Shown: piece after piece, positions 1 through 8,577 of the stretch
Numbering within the stretch: the stretch's first letter is position 1
Layout of the letters: each line of letters begins with the position of its first letter
DNA from: Candidatus Thorarchaeota archaeon
GTDB lineage: Archaea > Asgardarchaeota > Heimdallarchaeia > Hodarchaeales > Hodarchaeaceae
Reading direction: 5' to 3'
DNA length: 32,000 nucleotides
Assembly: GCA_048882505.1 (NCBI GenBank)
Contig: JBHLRO010000002.1
Coordinates: forward strand, 420,001-452,000
Translations under genes and position numbers: made by a program
The notes under the pieces: generated by a model
The model's input: the letters and a program-made list of their open reading frames with translations, nothing else
Database searches by the model: none
What the model was told of the DNA's origin: nothing

Positions 1-117
1 GATTAAAGTAAAAAGGAAGGTGAGAGAAAATAATTGACTTAATTGTCTTGCCAGGTGGATATCTCTCCTCAGCTGGAGCTTTTCATCCCAAGGTGACTTA
101 GGCTTTTGAAAAGATAA

Positions 118-1656
118 TCAGGAAAAAATGGAGCTAAGAGATCCCAAACTTATGCCAATGAAAGATAAAGCAGCTCCTACGTATCCTATCAATTTTGCTC
201 CCAACACCTTGAAGTAGTGTACCAAATCACGGTGGACAGTTATAACAACGGACTTGCCGCTTAATATTCCCTCGGTTTCAGTTGACATTGCAACATTCAC
301 CACATGCGTACCATGCCGATTTGGGCGAAATTGCAGACTAATGGCATCCCCCACCTGAAGAATACCACTCACCAAGCCAAGTACGTCAACTGGTTCGGTA
401 GTAGAGGTGAACTCTAAATGAGTATCCGTTGAAGGGATTTCCAAGGTTCCTTCGTCCAATAATAGTGTCTGGGAGGCATCATCTGGATCAAGAGAACTCA
501 TGGAGGTTTGTGCTTGAATTTGAACCATTCTTTTACGTTTTGTTAAATTCAAGACAAACACTAGGATTCGAAACGGATCAATGTTTCCCATCACTGAAGT
601 TGGGTGTGTTATGCTTACATATTCCTGTTGCTTCCTCAATAGACCAAGATTATCTTTGACTAGCACAAAAATACGTTGCACAAGCTCGAAAACTTGGGGG
701 ATCTCATCTTTTATGTCTCGCAGAATTACCCGAAGCGTGTTTTCGCTAATCCCGCTCTCCCATCCTGCTTGCAAACTTCCCAGATAGTTCGGAGCGATAA
801 TTTCGCTTAGCTCTCGTTGAAAAACATTGTCGGTCATTAGTTCGGGTTTAAATTCTCTTAAATATGTCAGTAGAAAAATTTTCTCGCGAGCTCGTTCCAA
901 TCTAGTTTGTTCGTCCAGTTTAGGGAGATATTTCGGATGAAGGTGTTCAACGATTGATTGAGACCATTCATCAAAATGAATTCGGGTAATCGGATCGAGT
1001 CTGACTAGGATTGAATCAGTTAGAATATTATCTAACCTGATGGGCAAACTTTTTGGGGAATAAAAGCGCATCAGGCCGCCTGGATGTAGAGCAGTTTTGT
1101 TCGGTAAGCGTAAAAGTAGTGACGCTCCGCTGGAAATTGCCAAAAGACCAATGCTAGCTGTAAAGATGAATAGGCGCCCAATTTCCGATATTTCTTGCAG
1201 GGAGATTGCAGAGACGAAAACAGCGAACGAGATAATAACTGTAATCGTTACCGAGTACGAACCTCGATATAAGAGCCGTATTCTACCATCCACCTCATCA
1301 AATCCTTCTACACCTTCTATCAGTAGTCCAGAACCAGTTATCTTCTTAATTTCCTCGTTAAAAGCCCTTTCCTGCATGAACCCATTAACAGCGAAAGGGA
1401 AAGCTGCAATGATAAGCAGCAGGTATGTTACTACAGTCATATCCCGGATGAATTGAATAAATGCTCCTGGCTCTGATGGAACACCAGCAATATCAGGAAT
1501 AAGCAGATTCCATCGTGAATCCGTTAAATCACTGGGAATAATGGCTTGATAGTAAAGCAATATGGCCAAAACTATCGGAAGTAATCCTAAAAAGATTATT
1601 CCAAACCGCTTGCAATACGAATTTAACATTGAATCAAAATCCATTGGCGATACCAT
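118..1656 (-). CDS. Hypothetical membrane protein (about 4 N-terminal TM helices, large soluble domain ending in a beta-rich segment, hydrophobic C-terminal tail)
   Basis: 512-aa ORF with ATG start. Hydrophobic segments near aa 19-40, 76-93, 135-155, 161-182 and 485-512. No recognisable catalytic motif. Confidence 0.8.
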   Translation of the reverse strand: MVSPMDFDSMLNSYCKRFGIIFLGLLPIVLAILLYYQAIIPSDLTDSRWNLLIPDIAGVPSEPGAFIQFIRDMTVVTYLLLIIAAFPFAVNGFMQERAFNEEIKKITGSGLLIEGVEGFDEVDGRIRLLYRGSYSVTITVIISFAVFVSAISLQEISEIGRLFIFTASIGLLAISSGASLLLRLPNKTALHPGGLMRFYSPKSLPIRLDNILTDSILVRLDPITRIHFDEWSQSIVEHLHPKYLPKLDEQTRLERAREKIFLLTYLREFKPELMTDNVFQRELSEIIAPNYLGSLQAGWESGISENTLRVILRDIKDEIPQVFELVQRIFVLVKDNLGLLRKQQEYVSITHPTSVMGNIDPFRILVFVLNLTKRKRMVQIQAQTSMSSLDPDDASQTLLLDEGTLEIPSTDTHLEFTSTTEPVDVLGLVSGILQVGDAISLQFRPNRHGTHVVNVAMSTETEGILSGKSVVITVHRDLVHYFKVLGAKLIGYVGAALSFIGISLGSLSSIFS

Positions 1657-1805
1657 CCAAGAAGATCAGACGTAATCACCCGTTCAACTTTCCTTCAGAA
1701 ATAAAATATCTGCTGAAATAGCGAAATTCCCTACCTACCCCCTTATAAACGGTAGCCACCACTACTTAAACCAGGAAACGAACACCAATTTAGGAATGAA
1801 AGCTA

Positions 1806-2252
1806 TTGGAAGACCCTCCCGATCCGCCAGAACCATCGGATGACCAAGATGATAGAAAATCGGTCCTGTTTCTTTGCACACATAATAGTGCCCGATCTCA
1901 AATGGCAGAAGGTATCCTTAAGGCAAGATTTTCCTCTAAATACAAAGTATATAGTGCTGGAACCCATCCAACCTCTGTGAAACGCGAAGCCATCCAAGCT
2001 ATGAAAGAAGTTGGCATCGATATCTCTAGGAATACCTCAAAGGGCCTAGAAAACTTCCTTGATATGGCAATTGATTACGTTGTAACAGTGTGCGATACAG
2101 CAAAAGAGAATTGCCCATATTTTCCAGGAGCGAAAAAATATATTCACAAGAGCTTCGAAGATCCGTCAACACTTGTTGACTACCGAAGAGTACGCAATCA
2201 GATGCAAACTTGGATCATCAATCAGTTCGCGGAGTTTCCCAATCCAGTTTAA
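1806..2252 (+). CDS. arsC: Thioredoxin-coupled arsenate reductase (LMW-PTP fold)
   Basis: P-loop CX5R motif (CTHNSAR-SQMAE), redox cysteine pair VTVCDTAKENCPYFPG and FEDP motif. TTG start is required: in-frame TGA at 1797 and no ATG before the P-loop. Confidence 0.9.
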   Translation: MEDPPDPPEPSDDQDDRKSVLFLCTHNSARSQMAEGILKARFSSKYKVYSAGTHPTSVKREAIQAMKEVGIDISRNTSKGLENFLDMAIDYVVTVCDTAKENCPYFPGAKKYIHKSFEDPSTLVDYRRVRNQMQTWIINQFAEFPNPV

Positions 2253-2349
2253 AGGAAAAGAAGCTAAAGAAACGGCAAGAATAGAGTGAAGAGATCCTTA
2301 TTCTCGAATTTTAGTTCAAACAGGATCAATATTCAGAAAAAGAGACGTT

Positions 2350-3372
2350 CTAGTTTTCCTTTGGTACGTTTTGGTCAACAGGTGGAGGAGCATATGTTGC
2401 TTTGGCTTTTCCTTGATCATCCGTTAAAGTAACCGAAGTAACTCCATATCCAATCTCAATCGAATCCACAATTAGCTGGTAGAACTTTCCATGGAAAAAC
2501 ACGTTATAGAATAGCGTGATCAAGATCACAATGAGAGAAACATTAACAATGCAGAAAACTACTAACCCTACAATCAGCTCAATTCGATTTGCGAAATCCG
2601 GTATAGTGTCGGCTCCTAGGGCTAACACTGAGCCCACCGTAATTATTCCAGCTGTAATGTTAAGGACTCTTGTGCCTACAAACCAATTAAGTTTCGCTGC
2701 GGAGTTATAGGCCTTTAGCCTAGCATCCTGCAACATCCATCCAATAGGATAGATGAATGTGAATATCAAAGGAACTAAGATCAAGAGGATAACTGTACGC
2801 AATATGAAAAACAATGGATCAGTAGCGTTCAAAATATTCGCAGGAGCTCCGCCTAAGAAGCCTGCTAGAAGATTCATAAGAAAAGCTGAAAGAGAAACCC
2901 AAGCAATTAGGAGCGAGATGAATTTTGTTGAAATATGGGGACTACCTATCTTTCTTTCCTCGAATGTGATATATTCTAAGTAGTGAACATCACCACGAGT
3001 GAACAAAGCTCTGAGAATCTTGTTGTCAATCAAATAATGCGCTACACGGGGTGTTGCCAGAGTACCTATTATGAACCATAAGTAAATTACGATGAATGCC
3101 ACTATTATACTAATTGGAATTCCGAACAAAAAGTTCGGAGCAATGCCAAAAGGGGGAAATTCTAGAAAAAACAAAACAGAGGAAAGGACTCCCAATAAAA
3201 CCACGAGAATAATACCTCCCCGTGAAAATTGGAACTTAGGATGTCTCAAACTATTATACATGTCTCTTAAGGTCGCGATCATAAATTCATTTAGACGTCC
3301 TTTCCTTGTCGGTTCAATAGGGGGGCTCGGTTCATTCATCTGTAGTTCTTCTTGTAGTTGGTCATCTTTCAT
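2350..3372 (-). CDS. Hypothetical polytopic membrane protein (about 7 TM)
   Basis: 340-aa ORF with ATG start and multiple long hydrophobic stretches. Same strand as, and 94 nt downstream of, the WD40 gene. Confidence 0.8.
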   Translation of the reverse strand: MKDDQLQEELQMNEPSPPIEPTRKGRLNEFMIATLRDMYNSLRHPKFQFSRGGIILVVLLGVLSSVLFFLEFPPFGIAPNFLFGIPISIIVAFIVIYLWFIIGTLATPRVAHYLIDNKILRALFTRGDVHYLEYITFEERKIGSPHISTKFISLLIAWVSLSAFLMNLLAGFLGGAPANILNATDPLFFILRTVILLILVPLIFTFIYPIGWMLQDARLKAYNSAAKLNWFVGTRVLNITAGIITVGSVLALGADTIPDFANRIELIVGLVVFCIVNVSLIVILITLFYNVFFHGKFYQLIVDSIEIGYGVTSVTLTDDQGKAKATYAPPPVDQNVPKEN

Positions 3373-3466
3373 CCTTCAATCAGCTCCTTGTTCTTCCATT
3401 TCTCCTTTTTTTACGTAACGATGACTTATTGATATAGCCATGGAATTCTTTTTGGTCAACTTCATT

Positions 3467-5593
3467 CTACCTCCTACGCCCGCCCCAGTCTAGCCTCCTC
3501 CAATCTTCTGGCTCGCTTTTTGTTTCTTCTTCCTTTTCTTCCTCTGAGGTTTTAGAGGGAGTTGATCCTGGGGTTATCCTCTGATTAACTTCTTCCCGAA
3601 CTGCATTAATCCGACTACTTAATGATTCGACCTCAATTCCTAGGATTTCCAACTTGGGCGCCACCAACTGTGATATCTGATTTGATATAGTATCTAGGTA
3701 TTCGATGATCTTGATCAACTCTTCGTCGGGGATTGAAGTTCCTACCTGGGTTGACGTTCCTGTCTCATCCTCACTTGGAGCGAACGTAATCCTCGATGGA
3801 GTTGATTCCTCTAAAAATCGAGACTCTGGGGCTATAGAAGCTCTATCGGGACTCACAAACTGGGTTTTAATTATTTCCCCCGAATAATCAATCGTTAAAA
3901 CGGTATTGGCTTTTTCAAGCCACAAAATTCCCCGAACAGGTTCGGTGTGTCGACAAATTTCTTGCACGCTTATCACATGATAATTATCTAAATTCATCAG
4001 ATAGAGAGTTTCTTGCGCTGCAAAAAATACCCACTTGTTGTTTATAATTTTTATACATTGGACAGAAGCAGAAGCATCATAAGTTTGGAGTAATCTGTTG
4101 GAAATTTTCTCAAAGATTTTGATCGCTCCGCTTCTGTGTCCAGTGATATTATACTCGTAGTCAGCAGTTGTTTCAAAACACTTGATCGGAGAATCGGTTT
4201 GGATGGAGCTAATCAGCCTCCCATCCCGGTTCCAAAACTTCAAAAGACCTGTATCGGAACCTGAAACTATTAGATCATCGTTCAGATATGAAACAGTTCC
4301 AATGTAGTCTTCATGGGCCTCCCAGGTCGCCATCCGTTTACCCTCCACTGTAAATACCCGTAAATAATTATCACCGCTGCATCCTACCACGAACTTATCC
4401 CCCATGGGAGAAACAGCTAATGCAGATCCAAGCGGAACTTTCTTTATACGGCCGATCTCCTCCTGGCGGCCTAGGTGCCAGATAGATACAGTATCATCAT
4501 AGGAAGCGGCTATCACAATATCCTTGTCCTGAATGTGCACAAGGGATGAAACGGTTTCATGGTGTTTTGCAAGGAGCTGATCTTCCCCTGTTGCATAGTT
4601 AATTAGATGAACGCCCTTGTCTCCAGATGCAATCACCAGCTTTGATCCCTCAATGAACACAACATCTTCCACGGATCCGGTACGTCCTCTCAATAGTGAA
4701 ACGATTTCACCCGATAATGAAAAGACACTGATCTCACGCTCACCTGTCCCTTTGAGTATGGTAGAGTCGGATAATACAATGGGGTTACACCCTGATAGCT
4801 CCTGGGGAATAACTGTGATATCCCCACTACGGGTACTTACCACAAGCAGGTTACGATCTCCAGTAACGGCAATAATCCCGTTTTGAGCATTGAAATCGAC
4901 ACTAACGGGAGTAAAAGGGATTTTAAATCCCGAAACGAACTTTAAGTCCAAGGAGAGTACTTTTCCAGTTCCATCCTCTGAGACTGTAATAATTTTATCA
5001 GTATCACGACAGATTGACGTAATCAAGCCCTCATGGATCGATATTTCCTCCTCGATTGCCATTTTCGAACTGTCAACCACTGCAAGATTTCCATTCCGTT
5101 TTGGAACCACTAATCGTTCATCATCTAGCCAAACCAGAGCATCACCAGATGAATTTTCAACAAACACAGATTTTATGCTCACAGTATTTGAGATATGATC
5201 ATATAGGTAGAGATCATCATCGAAGGTGAGAAAAGCAGTTAATTCTGAGCTTGAATTAGTACCAAAGATGTTTCTGATAACTAAACTTCTGTTTTTTCCA
5301 ATTTCGTGAATAACATTATCTCTTAAATGAAGTACAAACGCTTTAGATGAGTTGGAAAGAACAACAATTACCTTTTGATCATCCTCGGTAACCTGAAGGC
5401 CTTCTATTGGCTCAGGAAAAAAGAATAACACTTTTTCCTGGCGATTTCCAGACCAAATGCGGACGGTTCCATCAAAACTACATGATGCGATGCGTGAGGA
5501 ATGATGAAATGACGCTAACCGCATAACAGCAAATCGGTGTCCCGTTTCACCAGGAACTAACACTTGGGAATTTGGGGTGAGATCATCAAACAT
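3467..5593 (-). CDS. WD40-repeat protein (probably two beta-propellers) with C-terminal helical/coiled-coil segment
   Basis: Repeated WD-like units: GH...IASCSFDGTVRIWS, H...IITVSEDGTGKVL, H...IAASYDDTVSIWHL, AH...IVSGSDTGLLKFWN, H...VLTIDYSGEII. About 580 aa of beta-repeat, then a linker and a helical segment. Confidence 0.9.
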   Translation of the reverse strand: MFDDLTPNSQVLVPGETGHRFAVMRLASFHHSSRIASCSFDGTVRIWSGNRQEKVLFFFPEPIEGLQVTEDDQKVIVVLSNSSKAFVLHLRDNVIHEIGKNRSLVIRNIFGTNSSSELTAFLTFDDDLYLYDHISNTVSIKSVFVENSSGDALVWLDDERLVVPKRNGNLAVVDSSKMAIEEEISIHEGLITSICRDTDKIITVSEDGTGKVLSLDLKFVSGFKIPFTPVSVDFNAQNGIIAVTGDRNLLVVSTRSGDITVIPQELSGCNPIVLSDSTILKGTGEREISVFSLSGEIVSLLRGRTGSVEDVVFIEGSKLVIASGDKGVHLINYATGEDQLLAKHHETVSSLVHIQDKDIVIAASYDDTVSIWHLGRQEEIGRIKKVPLGSALAVSPMGDKFVVGCSGDNYLRVFTVEGKRMATWEAHEDYIGTVSYLNDDLIVSGSDTGLLKFWNRDGRLISSIQTDSPIKCFETTADYEYNITGHRSGAIKIFEKISNRLLQTYDASASVQCIKIINNKWVFFAAQETLYLMNLDNYHVISVQEICRHTEPVRGILWLEKANTVLTIDYSGEIIKTQFVSPDRASIAPESRFLEESTPSRITFAPSEDETGTSTQVGTSIPDEELIKIIEYLDTISNQISQLVAPKLEILGIEVESLSSRINAVREEVNQRITPGSTPSKTSEEEKEEETKSEPEDWRRLDWGGRRR

Positions 5594-5677
5594 GCAAAGA
5601 TCGCCGCTGGTTGCTATCCCGGAAGAGTATTGCTCTTGTTTATGCGATACTTGGAGTGAGGGCGATAATTCAAAAGT

Positions 5678-6421
5678 TTATTTCCTTTTCTTGGACAATC
5701 TGCGGGTCTCAGTTCTTTGAATAAGCGAGGGCAGTTCTTCCAAACTTTCAACTCTCGGACAATCGGCATTACGCTGGAATGGTCTCCCATGCATGCCAGT
5801 AGGCCCCTTATCGTAAAGAACTGCGTTAATTTGGAGCTGTTTGGCAGGTAAGATATCCATTTGATAGTCATCCCCCAAGTATATTGTTTCCTTTGCCTTT
5901 ACATTCGGAAAATCATCTAAAGCTGATTTAAAGATAGCAGAGCCAGGTTTTCCACTTCCAATTTCACCTGAAATTGTCACCGAATCAAAATAATCTAGAA
6001 TTCCAAAGTCAGTAAGAAGATCCCGTAAAGATGGATCCCAGTTTGAGACAATACCTAATTTGTACTCTGTAAGACTTTCCAACATAGTAATTACCCCCTT
6101 TTCTAAAATAAACTCTATTTCAAGACGTTCAGCAAGCTCAGCCTCGATTCTATTGATTTGCTTTCGTCCTTGGATCCCCAAAACCGAATAAAACGCATTC
6201 TGATATTTTCTCTGATCTAAATCACTGAATAATGAACCAGGTCTTTTCCTAGTCAAAACCCATCTTTCTGCGTTTTTAAAAGCTTCATAGACTTGAGGTT
6301 TAGAAATCCGTTTGTTTAGGATCGCAGAAAGATGATTAGCATATTGAGAAGGTACCGTACCCCTCTTTGGTTGAATTAATGTTCCCCCTACATTGAAATA
6401 AATGGCTTTGAAATACCGCAC
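5678..6421 (-). CDS. HAD-superfamily hydrolase-like protein; motif I nucleophile reads Asn instead of Asp
   Basis: Motif I FNVGGTL, motif II IVSNWD, motif III SGEIGSGKPG, motif IV YLGDDYQMD. GTG start preceded by AAGGTAG. Confidence 0.85.
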   Translation of the reverse strand: MRYFKAIYFNVGGTLIQPKRGTVPSQYANHLSAILNKRISKPQVYEAFKNAERWVLTRKRPGSLFSDLDQRKYQNAFYSVLGIQGRKQINRIEAELAERLEIEFILEKGVITMLESLTEYKLGIVSNWDPSLRDLLTDFGILDYFDSVTISGEIGSGKPGSAIFKSALDDFPNVKAKETIYLGDDYQMDILPAKQLQINAVLYDKGPTGMHGRPFQRNADCPRVESLEELPSLIQRTETRRLSKKRK

Positions 6422-6505
6422 ATCACTACCTTCTAAAAGCTGCTCCGTAAGAAGTCGACAGCATTAACAGTCTGAATAGCTAATCATCTCGCATCCTCAA
6501 ACGAT

Positions 6506-6522
6506 TAGATTTTTAAAATCTA
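6506..6522. promoter_or_regulatory. Palindromic AT-rich element (TAGATTTT-T-AAAATCTA): candidate bidirectional TATA box or operator
   Basis: Perfect 8-bp inverted repeat around one central base, in the divergent intergenic region between the HAD gene and the basic-protein gene. Its 12-mer AGATTTTTAAAA recurs at 8505-8516 upstream of ligA. Confidence 0.45.
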
Positions 6523-6798
6523 GGGGGTTACGTTTCATCAGAAGTTCTAGCGATCTTCAAACCAAGTTTGGAAAGAAGGACACGAGATACTTCAGTTTTA
6601 ATGACAAGATTCGTAGGGTGCCAAGAGATTAATATCACGAGGCAAGAGATATCTTTTTGTCTTTAGGATTTGAACCGTTTGGTGTCTTACTTACTGGAAC
6701 TCTCAGAAAATGTTCCCTAGCAACCTAGGGACACTCGACGAAGTCTCTTCGGGTTCTAAACTATTGCAGGGCCACGAAGTTGTTTACAGGTGATTCCA

Positions 6799-7167
6799 AT
6801 GACTGTTCATTCGCGAAGAAACAAACGGACTAATGTAGTCCGTGACATAGCCACCGATTATTGGAAAGAAGAAAAAGAAGAAACTCAGAAGATCTTAGAA
6901 CGAAAAAAAAGGCTGAATACAACAGATACCACTAAGACTTCTGATTCATTACCCAAAAAAACCTCCGAGAAGAAGAGGAAAATCCAGAAGGATTTCAAAA
7001 GCAAAAAACCAAGTCTCAAACGCTCATCAAAAAATAAGCGATCTTCCAAGCCCAAGGCGAAGATCCGACCCCAAAGGCGCAGGATAGTTATGAAAAAAAG
7101 TCGCGAGGGAAAAACTCGGCTTAAAAAGCGTTCCCGCGCACAATATTTCCAAAGGTATGGAGTCTAG
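6799..7167 (+). CDS. Small, highly basic Lys/Arg-rich protein (putative nucleic-acid-binding, H1-like composition)
   Basis: ATG at 6799 preceded by AGGTGAT (archaeal SD-like). 122 aa, hand count 27 K + 18 R versus 12 D/E. No competing ORF on the minus strand in the ORF track. Confidence 0.7.
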   Translation: MTVHSRRNKRTNVVRDIATDYWKEEKEETQKILERKKRLNTTDTTKTSDSLPKKTSEKKRKIQKDFKSKKPSLKRSSKNKRSSKPKAKIRPQRRRIVMKKSREGKTRLKKRSRAQYFQRYGV

Positions 7168-7255
7168 AAGGGAACCATCTCTTCTTCTCTTTTTTCATTT
7201 TTCAAACAATTTGTGGGGGACATTAATTCTTTGTAATCGGGTTTACACTAGCCCA

Positions 7256-7702
7256 TCATTTGTGATCCAATTTTATATGCTTCAGTTCAATGCCTGCGGA
7301 TCGGGCAGCATCAAAAATCCGATCATCATGATAAAATTCACCATAGACGACTTTTGTTATTCCTGCATTCGCCAATAACTTGAAACACGTCCAACAAGGC
7401 GATGCCGTTATATAGATCTCTGCCTTTTCCACGGTAACACCATTTTTTGCAGCCTGGGCAATAGCATTAGATTCTGCATGAACTGTTCTCACGCAATGCT
7501 TTCCCGTCTCGTCCATCATGTGACCCACATCATCACAATGAGCCAGGCCACGAATAGAACCATTATACCCCGTGGAAAGAATGGTTTTATCGCGAACAAT
7601 AACAGCACCAATATTCTTTCTATCGCAGGTAGCACGTGTAGCCACTTGATGAGCTATTCGCATGAAATAATGTTCCCATGTGTTTCTAGGTTTTTTCTCC
7701 AT
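7256..7702 (-). CDS. dCMP deaminase / ComEB family zinc-dependent deaminase
   Basis: HAE (HAESNAIAQAA) and PCxxC (SPCWTC) zinc motifs. N-terminal ATRATCDRKNIGAVIVRD and STGYNG segments are typical of the family. Confidence 0.92.
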   Translation of the reverse strand: MEKKPRNTWEHYFMRIAHQVATRATCDRKNIGAVIVRDKTILSTGYNGSIRGLAHCDDVGHMMDETGKHCVRTVHAESNAIAQAAKNGVTVEKAEIYITASPCWTCFKLLANAGITKVVYGEFYHDDRIFDAARSAGIELKHIKLDHK

Positions 7703-7888
7703 TTAATTCACCATAACCATGAACAATAGACGGATCAACACACTAAGTAGTTGTGCTGACCCATAAAGATACAGTAAATCAAGTTTCCGTGCAATTAAAA
7801 CAGATCGTTATGTTCAAGTAACAATCCATAAAGCTTGATGTTGATAACATTTCTATCCAGAACTCATCAAAATTGAGGTTGCAGGTCA

Positions 7889-8257
7889 ATGACTCGCCGA
7901 CATTACAAAACCAGATGGCATCGCGATGGAACGATAATTGCAGTAATTCTAGCTGCCCTTGGAGGGCTATTACAGATCCTCTTTGGTGTAGAAGGTCTAA
8001 TAGGACAAAGAAGTCCCACCTATTTTTATATTGGATCCCTGATCCATTTACCTGCTGACCTGATTATCATCTACGCCGTAGTACCAATTGTATGTGGTAT
8101 AATAGTATTGGCGATAACATTCAAACAGCAACCACACAAAAACGACGAGTTGGTTTGGATGATTATAACAGCAATAGTGGGTGTTCTTGGTGGAACGCTT
8201 GGAGGTTTAATCGTCCTCGGAGCAGTATTCATCTATATAATTCTTTACTTTATCTAG
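7889..8257 (+). CDS. Small hypothetical membrane protein (3-4 TM, Gly-rich helices)
   Basis: 122 aa with ATG start preceded by GAGG/AGGT. Hydrophobic helices including GVLGGTLGGLIVLG. Confidence 0.75.
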   Translation: MTRRHYKTRWHRDGTIIAVILAALGGLLQILFGVEGLIGQRSPTYFYIGSLIHLPADLIIIYAVVPIVCGIIVLAITFKQQPHKNDELVWMIITAIVGVLGGTLGGLIVLGAVFIYIILYFI

Positions 8258-8400
8258 AAACCCAATATCTGTCAATATTCCCTTATTGGAATCCAAATTG
8301 GGGACTTTTTCAATACATCTAACATGTAAGGGAAGTATTCAATGCAAATCAATTTCCTTTTCACTAATGCTGGAGTTTTATGTACTCTAATCGGAAGGAA

Positions 8401-8425
8401 AAATCTCTCTTAAGCGGAGAGATTT
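8401..8425. terminator. Stem-loop (9-bp stem AAATCTCTC/GAGAGATTT, 7-nt loop): possible terminator or protein-binding inverted repeat
   Basis: Perfect inverted repeat in the intergenic region between the 122-aa gene and ligA. No following U-tract, so the function is uncertain. Confidence 0.35.
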
Positions 8426-8500
8426 GGTTCTCGAAGTTTTGGGGAATTAATAATTCTAATCAGAGCAGTTGCACCTATAAAATTCCTGATCTCTCCCTCG

Positions 8501-8516
8501 CCGAAGATTTTTAAAA
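8501..8516 (+). promoter_or_regulatory. Putative archaeal BRE-TATA promoter of ligA
   Basis: CCGAAGATTTTTAAAA about 60 nt upstream of the ATG at 8578, resembling a purine-rich BRE followed by a TATA box. Confidence 0.45.
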
Positions 8517-8577
8517 GTCATTTAAGGAAATGGAATCATAATCTAAGGTGCAGACGAGTTCGAAGGGATGCCAATCA

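Noticed and set aside
429-1456. Plus-strand ORFs at 429, 581 and 1097, and similar short antisense ORFs throughout (e.g. 2516-3418, 3705-5198, 9096-9847, 10853-12840, 16008, 17675-18830, 19976, 23000-23778, 24231, 26506, 27253-28154, 28286-29671, 30925-31690)
   Set aside because: All are nested in or antisense to longer genes with clear motifs or plausible architecture, and have no motifs of their own; treated as shadow ORFs.
3370-3399. Upstream in-frame ATG at 3399 (MEEQGAD-TGA-R-MKDD...) that would extend the 340-aa membrane protein through a TGA
   Set aside because: The TGA lies in a disordered acidic leader with no redox motif, and I see no SECIS-like element. Chance or an old nonsense change with a downstream start is more likely than selenocysteine or readthrough.
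8548-8577. Longer ORF-track starts (ligA 8548, aspS/asnS 14349, trxB 14290, MBL 16620, archease 19220, surface protein A 21328, NifU 25805, TPR 28223)
   Set aside because: Downstream ATGs fit the domain boundaries, SD-like motifs or signal peptide better, so the extensions are probably not translated.
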